Source: Methylocystaceae bacterium
GTDB taxonomy: Bacteria; Pseudomonadota; Alphaproteobacteria; Rhodospirillales; Terasakiellaceae
Direction: 5' to 3'
Length of the DNA: 64,000 bases
Assembly (NCBI GenBank): GCA_013373205.1
Contig: JABXIG010000003.1
Span: 969,853 to 1,033,852, forward strand
Each line of letters begins with the position of its first letter. The first letter of the stretch is position 1. Shown here piece by piece: positions 19,673 through 29,736 of this stretch. The notes under the pieces are model-generated. The model did no database searches. It was not told where the DNA came from and saw only the letters and a program-made list of their open reading frames with translations. Both the position numbers and the translations under genes were made by a program.

Positions 19673-20926
19673 GTGCGGATCTTGGTCCTTGGCGCAGGTG
19701 TGGTGGGTACAACAACAGCCTTTTATCTTCAAAGGGCTGGACATGAAGTGGTGGTCATTGATCGCCAGAATGAACCAGGCATGGAAACAAGTTTTGCAAA
19801 TGGCGGACAGATTGCAGCGGCCCATGCTGATCCTTGGGCAAGCCCCGCAACACCTTGGAAAGCGTTAAAGTGGATCGGGCAGAAAGAGGCACCGCTTCTT
19901 TTTCATTATATGCGCTATGACCCAGCTTTATGGTCTTGGTGTCTGAAGTTTTTGTCCAACTGCACACAAAAGAAGACAGAGGTTAACACAGAACGGACAT
20001 TACGCATTGCGCTTCATAGTCGAGAGTGTCTGAAAAATATTCGCAAAAAAATCAGCCTTGATTACGATCACCGCGAAGAAGGGATTTTGCATTTTTATCG
20101 CAGTGAAAAAGAGTTTGAACTGGCTGTCAAGGCCGCTGAAACTATGCGTAAATATGGCTTGGACCGTAAAGTTCTGTCCCCGTCAGATTGCGTGAAAACA
20201 GAAAAGAACCTTGCTGGAATTGAAAGTGATCTGGTCGGGGGGATTTACTCTGCCAATGATGAAAGTGGCGATGCCCATCGTTTCACGCAGCAACTTGGGG
20301 CCTATTGCCGTCAGCAAGCGGTTGAATTTGCAACAAATCATGACATTCAGTCGTTGATTATTGAAGATGGTAAAGTTAAAGGCGTTAAAACAGATAAAGG
20401 TGACATTTATGGGGATGGTGTCGTCATCTGTTTGGGAAGTTTCAGTGCTCCGTTTTTGAAACCCTATGGTCTGAAACTACCTATTTATCCGGCTAAGGGC
20501 TATTCCATTACCCTTCCCCTGACGAAACCAGATAATGCACCGACGGTCAGCTTGACAGATGATGAATTCAAACTGGTCTTTAGCCGTTTGGGCGATCGTT
20601 TACGTGTTGCCGGAACGGCTGAACTCGGCGGATATAGTACGGATGTAAATCAAATTCGCAGCCGATTTATTCTTAAGAAAACATTGGAAATTTTTCCTGA
20701 CTGTGGCGACCCTATGGGGGTCGATTATTGGGCGGGTCTCAGACCCAAGACACCGGACAGTGTACCCATCATTGGCAAAACACCTATCGATTCCTTATAT
20801 TTAAACACCGGACATGGGACTTTGGGGTGGACCATGTCTTGTGGTTCTGCACAGGTTATTGCGGATATAATTTCGAAAAAAACACCTGAAATCGACCTTT
20901 CAGGGCTGTCTTTGGATAGATTCTGA
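19673..20926 (+). CDS. dadA: D-amino acid dehydrogenase
   Basis: VLGAGVVG FAD fingerprint, ETSFANGGQ, IYPAKGYSIT, WAGLRPKTPD, NTGHGTLGWT. Confidence 0.92.
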   Translation: MRILVLGAGVVGTTTAFYLQRAGHEVVVIDRQNEPGMETSFANGGQIAAAHADPWASPATPWKALKWIGQKEAPLLFHYMRYDPALWSWCLKFLSNCTQKKTEVNTERTLRIALHSRECLKNIRKKISLDYDHREEGILHFYRSEKEFELAVKAAETMRKYGLDRKVLSPSDCVKTEKNLAGIESDLVGGIYSANDESGDAHRFTQQLGAYCRQQAVEFATNHDIQSLIIEDGKVKGVKTDKGDIYGDGVVICLGSFSAPFLKPYGLKLPIYPAKGYSITLPLTKPDNAPTVSLTDDEFKLVFSRLGDRLRVAGTAELGGYSTDVNQIRSRFILKKTLEIFPDCGDPMGVDYWAGLRPKTPDSVPIIGKTPIDSLYLNTGHGTLGWTMSCGSAQVIADIISKKTPEIDLSGLSLDRF

Positions 20927-21014
20927 TCTTGCAACGCAGCATTTCCTTGCCAAGCCAACCCGTTAAGGTAACAATCACTTAAACTTTCGTGATTAAAGGT
21001 CAGGAGCTATCAAT

Positions 21015-21644
21015 ATGTCAGCCAAAATTCTAACCATCGCTCAACAAAAAGGTGGCGCCGGTAAAACGACGGTGGTTGCGCAATTGGCAACGACTTATGC
21101 TTCACAAAAGAAAAATGTCGCCTTGGTCGATATTGACCCGCAAGCAAGCTTAACATCATGGTTTGCGGAACGTAAACGCACTTTGGGGGAAGACAATCGT
21201 ATTGTCTTATCAAGTGTCGGTGGCTGGCGTTTAAAAAATGAACTGGATCGTTTGAAAAAAGATTTTGATGTGATCCTGGTGGACGCCCCACCCCATGCAG
21301 AAACTGAAGCCAATATCGCCATTCGGTATGCCGATTTGCTGGTTATTCCGGTCCAACCCAGTCCTATGGATGTATGGGCAACCGCACCTACCTTTAAGCA
21401 AGCTAAAAAAGAAAAAACAGAAGCTATTGTTTTGCTTAACCGAATTCCACCACGGGGTAAACTTCTAGAAAAAATTAAAACCATGCTGGAAGAAGATGAA
21501 CGCCCTATGCTGACAGCAACGCTTGGCAACCGTGTTGCTTTTGCGGCAAGCATGATTGATGGACTGGGGGTTGTTGAATCTGAAAAAAGTAGTGCTGCTG
21601 CAAAAGAGATCAAAGCACTTGCAGCAGAAATCTGGAAAAAATAA
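21015..21644 (+). CDS. ParA/Soj family ATPase (orphan, no parB nearby)
   Basis: Deviant Walker A KGGAGKTT, VDIDPQAS, LVDAPP, VIPVQPSPMD; 209 aa with no N-terminal HTH. Confidence 0.9.
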   Translation: MSAKILTIAQQKGGAGKTTVVAQLATTYASQKKNVALVDIDPQASLTSWFAERKRTLGEDNRIVLSSVGGWRLKNELDRLKKDFDVILVDAPPHAETEANIAIRYADLLVIPVQPSPMDVWATAPTFKQAKKEKTEAIVLLNRIPPRGKLLEKIKTMLEEDERPMLTATLGNRVAFAASMIDGLGVVESEKSSAAAKEIKALAAEIWKK

Positions 21645-22276
21645 TGGCTAAATCCTGCTCCGATCATGTTGATTTTAATATTAATGATGTAGAGGTATTG
21701 GAAAAAAAGGTCGCTTTCAAAGGCTATTTCAGTATCGAAGAATATACCCTTCGTCACAAAAAACACGATGGTGGATGGTCAGCACCCATTACCCGTGAAA
21801 TCTTTGAACGCGGTCATGCCGCCGCTATGCTTTTGTTTGACCCAAAACGCGATGTTGTTGTTTTAATCGAACAGTTTCGCCCGGGTGCCTTGGCAGCAGG
21901 ATATAACCCGTGGCTTTTAGAAGTCCCTGCCGGAATCATTGAAGAAGGCCAAACACCAGAAAGTGTTGCTAAACGCGAAACACATGAAGAAACTGGATGT
22001 GAAGCCAAACGTGTCGAATTTATTTGTGATTACCTTGTTAGCCCCGGTGGCACGACTGAATCGATGCACCTTTACTGTGTTGAAGTCGATTCGGAACAAG
22101 CATTTGAATTTGGCGGGCTAGAAGAAGAAGGTGAGCATATCGCTGTCGTTAAAGTGCCCCGCAATGAAGCGATTGAATTGTTAACATCTGGAAAAGTCCA
22201 TAATTCCATGACAATCATTGCCTTACAGTGGTTGCAAATAAATGGCAATTATATACATAAAAAATGGTGTGCTTAA
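21644..22276 (+). CDS. nudF: ADP-ribose pyrophosphatase (Nudix)
   Basis: Nudix box GIIEEGQTPESVAKRETHEETG, EQFRPG, SPGG; TAATG overlap with the ParA gene. Confidence 0.88.
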   Translation: MAKSCSDHVDFNINDVEVLEKKVAFKGYFSIEEYTLRHKKHDGGWSAPITREIFERGHAAAMLLFDPKRDVVVLIEQFRPGALAAGYNPWLLEVPAGIIEEGQTPESVAKRETHEETGCEAKRVEFICDYLVSPGGTTESMHLYCVEVDSEQAFEFGGLEEEGEHIAVVKVPRNEAIELLTSGKVHNSMTIIALQWLQINGNYIHKKWCA

Positions 22277-22373
22277 TTATATTACACACAAACATAAGAT
22301 TAAATATTGAACTCTTCTAAACTTGTGCCTATTTTCTGACTAAAGATAGCATGAGCATAGAGAGACATTTATT

Positions 22374-23372
22374 ATGGATATACGTGACGGCTTTGTCGGA
22401 ACTATCGGCAATACCCCTCTGATCAAACTAAAAAAAGCATCGGAAGAAACCGGATGCGAAATTCTGGCAAAAGCAGAATTCTTGAATCCCGGTGGATCAA
22501 TTAAAGATCGTGCGGCTCTTGCCATTATTCGTGATGCCGAAGCCAAAGGCCTTTTGCGCCCCGGTGGTGTAATTGTCGAAGGTACAGCAGGAAATACAGG
22601 TATAGGGATCGCCCTTGTGGGACGCGCCCTAGGTTACCGTAGTGTTATTGTGATGCCAGAAACCCAAAGCCAGGAAAAGAAAGATATGCTGCGCCTATGT
22701 GGGGCTGATCTTCGTCTTGTTCCGGCCGTCCCTTATAAAGATCAAAACAATTACGTGCATTATTCACGTCGTTTAGCCGAAGAGCTCGCGAAAACAGAAA
22801 AAAATGGAGCAATTTGGGCCAATCAATTTGATAATGTCGCCAATCGACAGGGGCACATTGACACAACGGCCCAAGAAATATGGCAACAAACAGATGGGAA
22901 AGTTGATGGCTTTGTATGTGCTGTTGGGACGGGTGGCACATTAGCGGGTGTTTCCTTGGGGCTAAAGGCCCATAACCCGAATGTGAAAATTGCGATTGCA
23001 GACCCTATGGGGGCTGCCCTTTACCATTATTACAAACATGGCAAACTGAAAGCAGAAGGCTCTTCGATCACTGAAGGGATTGGTCAGGGTCGCATTACGG
23101 CCAATCTGGAAGATGTCATAGTTGACTATGCTTATCAAATCCGTGACGAAATCGCGGTTCAGATTTGTTTTGAATTGCTGAAAAATGAAGGCTTGTGTGT
23201 TGGGGGGTCCTCTGGTGTGAATGTCGCCGGGGCAATCCAGTTGGCCAAGGAAATGGGGCCCGGCCACACGATCATAACCATATTATGCGATAGCGGGACA
23301 CGATATCAAAGCAAGCTTTTCAATCCGGAATTCCTGCGTCAAAATAATTTGCCAACCCCGGATTGGCTGTAA
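22374..23372 (+). CDS. cysK: Cysteine synthase (PLP-dependent O-acetylserine thiol-lyase family)
   Basis: IGNTPL, KAEFLNPGGSIKDR (PLP lysine), EGTAGNTGI, GTGGT. Confidence 0.88.
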   Translation: MDIRDGFVGTIGNTPLIKLKKASEETGCEILAKAEFLNPGGSIKDRAALAIIRDAEAKGLLRPGGVIVEGTAGNTGIGIALVGRALGYRSVIVMPETQSQEKKDMLRLCGADLRLVPAVPYKDQNNYVHYSRRLAEELAKTEKNGAIWANQFDNVANRQGHIDTTAQEIWQQTDGKVDGFVCAVGTGGTLAGVSLGLKAHNPNVKIAIADPMGAALYHYYKHGKLKAEGSSITEGIGQGRITANLEDVIVDYAYQIRDEIAVQICFELLKNEGLCVGGSSGVNVAGAIQLAKEMGPGHTIITILCDSGTRYQSKLFNPEFLRQNNLPTPDWL

Positions 23373-23465
23373 AAACGCAAGAAAGTCACTACTTTTTTCT
23401 TGATAAAACGCCCCGTAAAGTGCCCTATATAGCTATAGTGATAATAAAAACAGGGGGCACTTTAC

Positions 23466-24323
23466 ATGAGCTTTAAGAATTCACAGGGCTTGGTTTCAAC
23501 TGATTGGTTGGCTGAACATATGAACGCGCCAGATGTTCATATTGTGGATGCGACTTACTTTTTACCTGTTGAAGGTAAAGGGGCATATGATGCCTTTAAA
23601 CAAGCTCATATCCCTGGCGCTCAATTCTTCGATGTGGATGAGATTGCAGACAAATCAAGCACCCTGCCCCACATGGTCCCCAGTCCTGAAGAATTTGCAC
23701 AAGCTGTTGAAGAACTGGGTCTGGGCGATGGGTGCCGTATTGTTGTTTATGATGCACGAAATGGCGGATGTGCAGCTGCCCGCGTATGGTGGACATTCCG
23801 TTTGTTTGGGCATGAGGATGTGGCTGTCTTAGATGGTGGACTTGGTAAATGGATGGCCGAAGGTCGTCCCACAGAAGATGGCCCGGCAGAGAAACCGCAA
23901 CCTCGCAAGTTAACAGCCCGCCTAAATCATTTTATCTTGCGTGATAAAAAGCAAGTGCTTAACAACATCAAAGAACGTCGTGAACAAGTCGTTGATGCAC
24001 GTTCCAGTGAACGCTACCGCGGTGAAGGTCAGGAACCTTGGCCAGTTATCAAGGTTGGACGGATTCCCAACTCCTTAAATGTGCCATGGGACAGCCTGAT
24101 TGACTTGGACAATGGTGGTGTTTTTAAAACAGCTGATGAAATAAGCGACATTTTTGACAAAGCAGGCGTTGATCCGAGAAAACCGATGATCGCTAGCTGT
24201 GGTTCTGGTGTAACAGCAGCTGTCCTTGCGTTTGCCGCCTTTTTGCTTGGGAATAAGGATGCCGCTGTTTATGATGGGGCATGGGCTGAATGGGGCGCAT
24301 GTGAAGACACCCCCGTTGAATAA
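23466..24323 (+). CDS. sseA: 3-mercaptopyruvate sulfurtransferase (tandem rhodanese)
   Basis: VSTDWL, HIPGA, AARVWW, active-site CGSGVTA, YDGAWAEW. Confidence 0.93.
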   Translation: MSFKNSQGLVSTDWLAEHMNAPDVHIVDATYFLPVEGKGAYDAFKQAHIPGAQFFDVDEIADKSSTLPHMVPSPEEFAQAVEELGLGDGCRIVVYDARNGGCAAARVWWTFRLFGHEDVAVLDGGLGKWMAEGRPTEDGPAEKPQPRKLTARLNHFILRDKKQVLNNIKERREQVVDARSSERYRGEGQEPWPVIKVGRIPNSLNVPWDSLIDLDNGGVFKTADEISDIFDKAGVDPRKPMIASCGSGVTAAVLAFAAFLLGNKDAAVYDGAWAEWGACEDTPVE

Positions 24324-24342
24324 GATCAACCATAAAATTATA

Positions 24343-24375
24343 AGAAAACCCCGTAGATAACTTGCGGGGTTTTCT
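24343..24375 (+). terminator. Intrinsic terminator after sseA
   Basis: AGAAAACCCCGTAG-ATAA-CTTGCGGGGTTTTCT followed by GTTTG. Confidence 0.75.
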
Positions 24376-24431
24376 GTTTGTGCTATAGCTGAAACAAGCA
24401 TTAAAACTCAATACCAAAGGCCGTTTAGATT

Positions 24432-25598
24432 ATGAAAAAAGACACACAATTACTGCATGCCGGACGTCACCCAAAAGACAATTATGGCATTGTCAATCCA
24501 CCTGTCTATCATGCTTCTACGGTTACATTTCCCACGGTAGATGCCCTTTATCAAGCTGACAAAAACCCAACGGAAGGTATTTTCTATGGTCGAATGGGCA
24601 CACCCACTTCGCGTGCTTTCGAAGAAGCTGTAGCAACTCTTGAAGGCGGTGATAAAGCGATCGCTGTTCAATCCGGTTTAGCGGGGATTACCGGAGCTAT
24701 GCTAGCTTTTGTAAAAGGCGGGGATCATATCCTAGTCGCAGATAGTGTTTATTTTCCCACAAAGAAATTCTGTAATGAGTTTTTGAGCAACTTTGGTGTC
24801 GAGGTCACCTATTATGACCCCATGATCGCTGACGGGATTAAGTCCTTAATCAAGGATAATACGCGTTTGATATTTACTGAAGCACCAGGGTCATTGACCT
24901 TTGAGGTGCAGGATATACCAGCTATTGCAAAAGCTGCCCATGAGCGTGACGTTTTGGTAATGATCGATAACACATGGTCTGCAGGATATTATTTTAATGC
25001 ATTTGAACATGGCTGTGATGTGTCTATTCAGGCTGCCACCAAATATATTGGAGGACATTCTGATATTATGATGGGCACAATCACACTGCGTGAAGAACAT
25101 TATAAAATGGTCAAAACCAAGCTGAATGTCCTGGGGTATTGTGCAGGTCCTGATGATTGCTATCTCGCTCAACGTGGGCTTCGAAGCCTGCCTGCCCGAC
25201 TTGCTCGTCATGAAGAAAACGGACTGAAAATGGCTGCATGGTTAAAAGAACGCCCTGAAGTCACCAAAGTCCTGCACCCAGCTTTTGCAGACTGCCCTGG
25301 GCACGATATCTGGAAACGTGATTTTACAGGGTCCAGCGGTTTATTTTCTATCGTGCTCGATGGGAAATATAGCCCGAAGGCTGTTGCAGCCATGTTGGAT
25401 GGGTTAGAACTCTTTCCGATGGGATATAGTTGGGGCGGCTATGAAAGTCTAATCGTTCCCTTTAACCCAAAAGGTGCGCGCAACGTGACCACATGGGTAG
25501 AAGATGGCGCTTGCCTGCGCATTCACGCCGGACAGGAAAGTATTGATGACCTGTTGGTAGATTTGAATAGTGGCTTTGAACGGTTGAACAAGCCATAA
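24432..25598 (+). CDS. metC: Cystathionine beta-lyase
   Basis: VNPPVYHAST, YGRMGTPT, DNTWS, QAATKYIGGHSD (PLP lysine), YSWGGYESL. Confidence 0.93.
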   Translation: MKKDTQLLHAGRHPKDNYGIVNPPVYHASTVTFPTVDALYQADKNPTEGIFYGRMGTPTSRAFEEAVATLEGGDKAIAVQSGLAGITGAMLAFVKGGDHILVADSVYFPTKKFCNEFLSNFGVEVTYYDPMIADGIKSLIKDNTRLIFTEAPGSLTFEVQDIPAIAKAAHERDVLVMIDNTWSAGYYFNAFEHGCDVSIQAATKYIGGHSDIMMGTITLREEHYKMVKTKLNVLGYCAGPDDCYLAQRGLRSLPARLARHEENGLKMAAWLKERPEVTKVLHPAFADCPGHDIWKRDFTGSSGLFSIVLDGKYSPKAVAAMLDGLELFPMGYSWGGYESLIVPFNPKGARNVTTWVEDGACLRIHAGQESIDDLLVDLNSGFERLNKP

Positions 25599-25640
25599 AT
25601 ACGCCATATAATTGAAAAAGAAAATAAAAGGACGAAAAGC

Positions 25641-25934
25641 ATGACAAATGAAGTAACACAGACACGAACACGTAAAGAATCCCCCAATATTGGCGGTACG
25701 ATTCTGAAACTGGTTATTTTGTCTTTGCTTGTCGGCCTTGCAATGTCATTCTTCGACATTACACCAAAATCAATCATCGAAAATTTTGGCGACAGTGTTG
25801 TCAAAGCCTACAACGTTCTTACGGGCTGGGTGACCTGGATGGGGCCATATATCGCTTTGGGTGCCAGTATCGTAATTCCAATCTGGGCTGTTTTGACGTT
25901 GATCAAAATGTTTGGTGGCAGAAAGAAAGATTAA
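25641..25934 (+). CDS. Small membrane protein (DUF6460-like)
   Basis: 97 aa with two hydrophobic segments; LKLVILSLLVG...YIALGASIVIPIW pattern. Confidence 0.65.
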   Translation: MTNEVTQTRTRKESPNIGGTILKLVILSLLVGLAMSFFDITPKSIIENFGDSVVKAYNVLTGWVTWMGPYIALGASIVIPIWAVLTLIKMFGGRKKD

Positions 25935-28198
25935 AACTCTGCCATTTTTTTCAAATATCCATTGAAGTCAGTTGAGTTCAAGGGCTTGCTGTAATAGTAG
26001 CCTTGAACATATTCACATGCGTTTTCTTTTAGCATTTCAAGCTGTTGAATAGTTTCCACCCCTTCTGCAACGACTTTCAGTTTAAGGCTTTTTGCCATCG
26101 AAATAATGGCGTGCACGAGCGCGGCATCTTCGGGGTCATCTGACATATCTTTGATAAAAGCACGATCAACTTTTAAAACAGAAATCGGGAACTTCTTGAG
26201 ATAGCTCAAGGATGAATATCCCGTTCCAAAGTCGTCAATCGACAGCCCAACCCCCATCTCAGATAACAGTCGCAATTGCTCCATCGTTGTTTTGTCATCA
26301 TCAATGAGCAGGTTTTCTGTGATTTCAATCGTCAAACAATTCGTCGGGAGATTATGTTCGGACATAACTTCAGAAACCAGCATCGGAATATTGACCCGCT
26401 GGAATTGACGAATAGAAAAGTTTACAGAAATAGCTGGTGGATTTTTCAGGCTGTTGTGCCACATAGCAGCTTCTTTGCAGGCTTCGCGCAAGACCCATTC
26501 ACCAATGGGCAGGATCAGCCCAACCTCTTCAGCCAAAGGAATAAAATCAGACGGTGGAATAATCCCCTTTTGTGGGTGATTCCAGCGGATCAAAGCTTCA
26601 CAATTGGTTACGCGCCCAGTTTCTAAAGATATAATGGGCTGGTAATTGACCATGAACTGGCTTTTTTCCAAAGCGAGATATAGTGCATTTTCAAGCTCAC
26701 GACGCTTTTGGGCTTCCAAATCCATTTCATGGGTGAAAAATTGAAAGGCGTTGCGGCCTTTTTCTTTTGCGCGATACATGGCACTGTCTGCATTGCGAAA
26801 TAAGTTTTGTGGTGTTGCACCATCTTCTGGGTAGATGGTCACACCGATGCTGGCAGAGACAAAAGCATCATGTCCGTGTAACTCATAGGGCTCACTCACG
26901 CGTTTTAGAATCTTTGCGACAACTTCTTCGACATGGCGAACATCACTGATATCAGGTAAAAGAATCGCAAATTCATCACCGCCAAAACGGGCGCAGGTGT
27001 CATAATTGCGGGTCAGGCTTAATAATCTGGTTGCCACTTCGACCAGAAGCTCATCCCCTGTTGAGTGACCGAGCGTATCATTTATGTTCTTAAATCGATC
27101 TAGATCCATAAATAATAATGCCACCCTTTTTTGATCACGTTCGGCACGATATATTGCACAGGCAAGGTGATCCATAAATAGGCTGCGGTTTGCGAGATTC
27201 GTTAGATTATCGTAATTGGCCTGACGTTGAATATGGGCTTCGGCTTCTTTGCGTTTGGTGATATCACTGAAGATTGCGACATAGCCTTCTTTAAAACCCT
27301 TTTTGTCACGCAACACCGAAATCGTCAGGCGTTCAGGGTAAACCTCACCGGATTTACGTTTATTCCAGATTTCGCCTTCCCAAAATTCATTGGCATTTAG
27401 GCGATGATAAATTTCTTCATAGAAGTTTTGATCATGGAGTCCTGATTTTAAAATGTCAGGGGTCGTTCCCTTTACTTCATCCAGCTCATATCCTGTAATT
27501 TCTGTGAACGCACGGTTGACCGTTTGAATCTTATTTTCACGATCCGTCACCATTACGCCTTCTGTTGCTGTTTCAAAAACAGACGAGGCAAGGCGGAGTT
27601 GTTTTTCATCTTTACGCCTTTTGTTCATTACAAGAACAAGAATGATAATGACGATTAACAGGGCGGCAATGCTTGTCCCCATGACATAAACTGTCTGGCG
27701 GGCTTTATCTTCAATCACACGGGTTTGCTGCTCGACGATATCTTCAAGTCGTGCCTGATAATGCCACAGGTGTTGTTGGAGTTCACGTTGTTCAGAAATA
27801 TCACGAATGATGGAAAAAAGTAATATCCGACCGTCAAAGTTATGCGGGACAGAATGGACTTCTACGGTACGTGTATCCCCATTTCCCAATGCATGACGAA
27901 AAATAAAAAAATTACGCCCTTCTTCCTTTGCAAGCTGTCTTTCATTGGCAACCTGTTCAGGTGAAAGTTGATTAATCTGTTGAATTTTCATATTCACCAG
28001 AACGTCATGGGGATATTTATAAAACTTGCTGGCTGCGCTGTTGACATCGACAATTTCCCCGGTTACGGGGTCGATCAACATCATGACAATATTATGCTTT
28101 TCAAAAATATCTCTAAAACTTGGTGCTGCTGAAACGTTTGTTACTGATGTGATCAAACAGAAAGTCAGACAAATAAAAAGATAGTTTTTTCGCAGCAT
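25931..28198 (-). CDS. Membrane-anchored PAS-PAS-GGDEF-EAL diguanylate cyclase/phosphodiesterase
   Basis: Signal peptide, PAS/PAC, coiled coil, TM helix, second PAS/PAC, intact GGDEF with RNYD I-site, EAL and DDFGTGYSSLSYL. Confidence 0.93.
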   Translation of the reverse strand: MLRKNYLFICLTFCLITSVTNVSAAPSFRDIFEKHNIVMMLIDPVTGEIVDVNSAASKFYKYPHDVLVNMKIQQINQLSPEQVANERQLAKEEGRNFFIFRHALGNGDTRTVEVHSVPHNFDGRILLFSIIRDISEQRELQQHLWHYQARLEDIVEQQTRVIEDKARQTVYVMGTSIAALLIVIIILVLVMNKRRKDEKQLRLASSVFETATEGVMVTDRENKIQTVNRAFTEITGYELDEVKGTTPDILKSGLHDQNFYEEIYHRLNANEFWEGEIWNKRKSGEVYPERLTISVLRDKKGFKEGYVAIFSDITKRKEAEAHIQRQANYDNLTNLANRSLFMDHLACAIYRAERDQKRVALLFMDLDRFKNINDTLGHSTGDELLVEVATRLLSLTRNYDTCARFGGDEFAILLPDISDVRHVEEVVAKILKRVSEPYELHGHDAFVSASIGVTIYPEDGATPQNLFRNADSAMYRAKEKGRNAFQFFTHEMDLEAQKRRELENALYLALEKSQFMVNYQPIISLETGRVTNCEALIRWNHPQKGIIPPSDFIPLAEEVGLILPIGEWVLREACKEAAMWHNSLKNPPAISVNFSIRQFQRVNIPMLVSEVMSEHNLPTNCLTIEITENLLIDDDKTTMEQLRLLSEMGVGLSIDDFGTGYSSLSYLKKFPISVLKVDRAFIKDMSDDPEDAALVHAIISMAKSLKLKVVAEGVETIQQLEMLKENACEYVQGYYYSKPLNSTDFNGYLKKMAEF

Positions 28199-28295
28199 TA
28201 TTCCCCATCACGCCTTATTTTTTGTGGCAGGATAACATTTTATTTGGGGTTGTAAAACTGTTCGTAAGGATAATATATAGGTTAAATAAATAAAA

Positions 28296-28372
28296 TGGCG
28301 TGCCCAGAAGGATTCGAACCCTCGACCGTCCGCTTAGAAGGCGGATGCTCTATCCAGCTGAGCTATGGGCAC
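28296..28372 (-). tRNA. tRNA-Arg (TCT)
   Basis: GTGCCCATAGCTCAGCTGGATAGAGCATCCGCCTTCTAAGCGGACGGTCGAGGGTTCGAATCCTTCTGGGCACGCCA; 77 nt. Confidence 0.97.
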
Positions 28373-28403
28373 CCATTGGACAATTTAGACTGAAGAAGAT
28401 GGA

Positions 28404-28697
28404 TCAGATGATCCGATCATAGGCAAAATTGTCGGCGTAACTTTTGATTTGAAGCTTGCGTTGCTTTGGTTCTTTCACTTGATACGAAAGTCCCTTTTTC
28501 TTGGCAAATGCGATTGCCAGTTCTTTGCTGTCAAACTTCATTTGTAACTGTTTACGTGTGTCACCCCCGCCAGTCCAGCCCATTAATTCATCTGCACGTT
28601 CTGCCGCGATGGGCATAAACTCAAGAATCCATGTGTTGGTTTTGGCACGGCCTGACTGCATGGCATTTTTGGCAGGTTGGTAAATACGAACGTCCAT
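28404..28697 (-). CDS. ETC complex I subunit family protein (NDUFS4 / 18-kDa subunit homolog)
   Basis: RIYQPAKNAMQSG, LMGWTGGGDT, AIAFAKKKG, YADNF motifs. Confidence 0.9.
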   Translation of the reverse strand: MDVRIYQPAKNAMQSGRAKTNTWILEFMPIAAERADELMGWTGGGDTRKQLQMKFDSKELAIAFAKKKGLSYQVKEPKQRKLQIKSYADNFAYDRII

Positions 28698-28822
28698 ATC
28701 AAATACCTTTCAATTAAACAGCTTTATGGGTGAATGCCCCAATCCAAAGCGTGCGTCAAATAAAAAGTTAAAAATCATGCTTAAAAAGCATTTTAAGACA
28801 GATATTTTTCAAAAAATAGGAC

Positions 28823-28851
28823 AAAAAAATACCTTTGGAAAATCCAAAGGC
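28823..28851 (-). terminator. Intrinsic terminator after tRNA-Pro
   Basis: Minus strand GCCTTTGGA-TTT-TCCAAAGGT-ATTTTTTT. Confidence 0.7.
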
Positions 28852-28882
28852 ATCTTTCAAAGTTTCAACTCTTTAGAAGAGC

Positions 28883-28959
28883 TGGTCGGGGAGACAGGAA
28901 TTGAACCTGCGACCCCTTGTACCCAAAACAAGTGCGCTACCAGGCTGCGCTACTCCCCG
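28883..28959 (-). tRNA. tRNA-Pro (TGG)
   Basis: CGGGGAGTAGCGCAGCCTGGTAGCGCACTTGTTTTGGGTACAAGGGGTCGCAGGTTCAATTCCTGTCTCCCCGACCA; 77 nt. Confidence 0.97.
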
Positions 28960-29017
28960 ACGCGGCGCAAACTATGCAGTTTCGACGTGCTTGGCAAGAG
29001 AAAAATTTAAAAAAGTT

Positions 29018-29470
29018 TCACTTTCCTAAAATTACCTGGTCACCAACCTTGATTCCGTAGTCCTCTGCACTGCCTGCACGCAGTTCCAAAACCGCCATAA
29101 CCTGCCCTCCTGAGTTGATGTGACGGGTCGAGTTTGGCTGGGTTTTTTCTTCGATGTAACGGATTAGTCCATTTCTTTTGATAAAGAACATATCCAATGA
29201 CATGGGTGTGTCTTTCATCCACATGGTCACGGTTGTTGGTTTTTGATAGATGAACAACATGCCATGTTTTTTATCCATGGTTTTGCGAAACATCAGTCCT
29301 TTGGCTTTTTCTTCCGGCGTGATCGCATATTCTACCGTAAAGCTGACAGGCCCTTCGCGGGTTACAATTGTCAAGACCCCTTTACCTTGCGCATGTGCAT
29401 CCAGCGAAAAGGCGCAATATGTAGCGATAATCAGGCAAAATAGTGTTAGCTTTTTAATGAATGACAGCAT
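29018..29470 (-). CDS. DUF192 family exported protein (start taken at MLSFIKK)
   Basis: Signal peptide ending [33 protein letters not shown] motifs. Confidence 0.9.
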   Translation of the reverse strand: MLSFIKKLTLFCLIIATYCAFSLDAHAQGKGVLTIVTREGPVSFTVEYAITPEEKAKGLMFRKTMDKKHGMLFIYQKPTTVTMWMKDTPMSLDMFFIKRNGLIRYIEEKTQPNSTRHINSGGQVMAVLELRAGSAEDYGIKVGDQVILGK

Positions 29471-29736
29471 CCGAATCCGCTTTCTTTTTCGTTTAGCAAT
29501 CATGTTCTGGTTACATCAGAACGATTTTCTTATGATAAAACTACAGGATTATACTTATCGAAAAAATCATATAATCACCTAAAACTACCTTTTTTTAACT
29601 GAAATCAATGAATTGTATGTCGTTGTTGATACAAATGAACTTGATATCGTTTAACGAATTGTTATGTTTTAGTAGATTGACGTCCATCTCCGTTTTTGAT
29701 GGACCATAAAAATTATAATTTATCAGGGGATCTCCT

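Noticed and set aside
21095-21766. 223-aa minus-strand ORF
   Set aside because: Antisense to the ParA and nudF genes, with no independent evidence.
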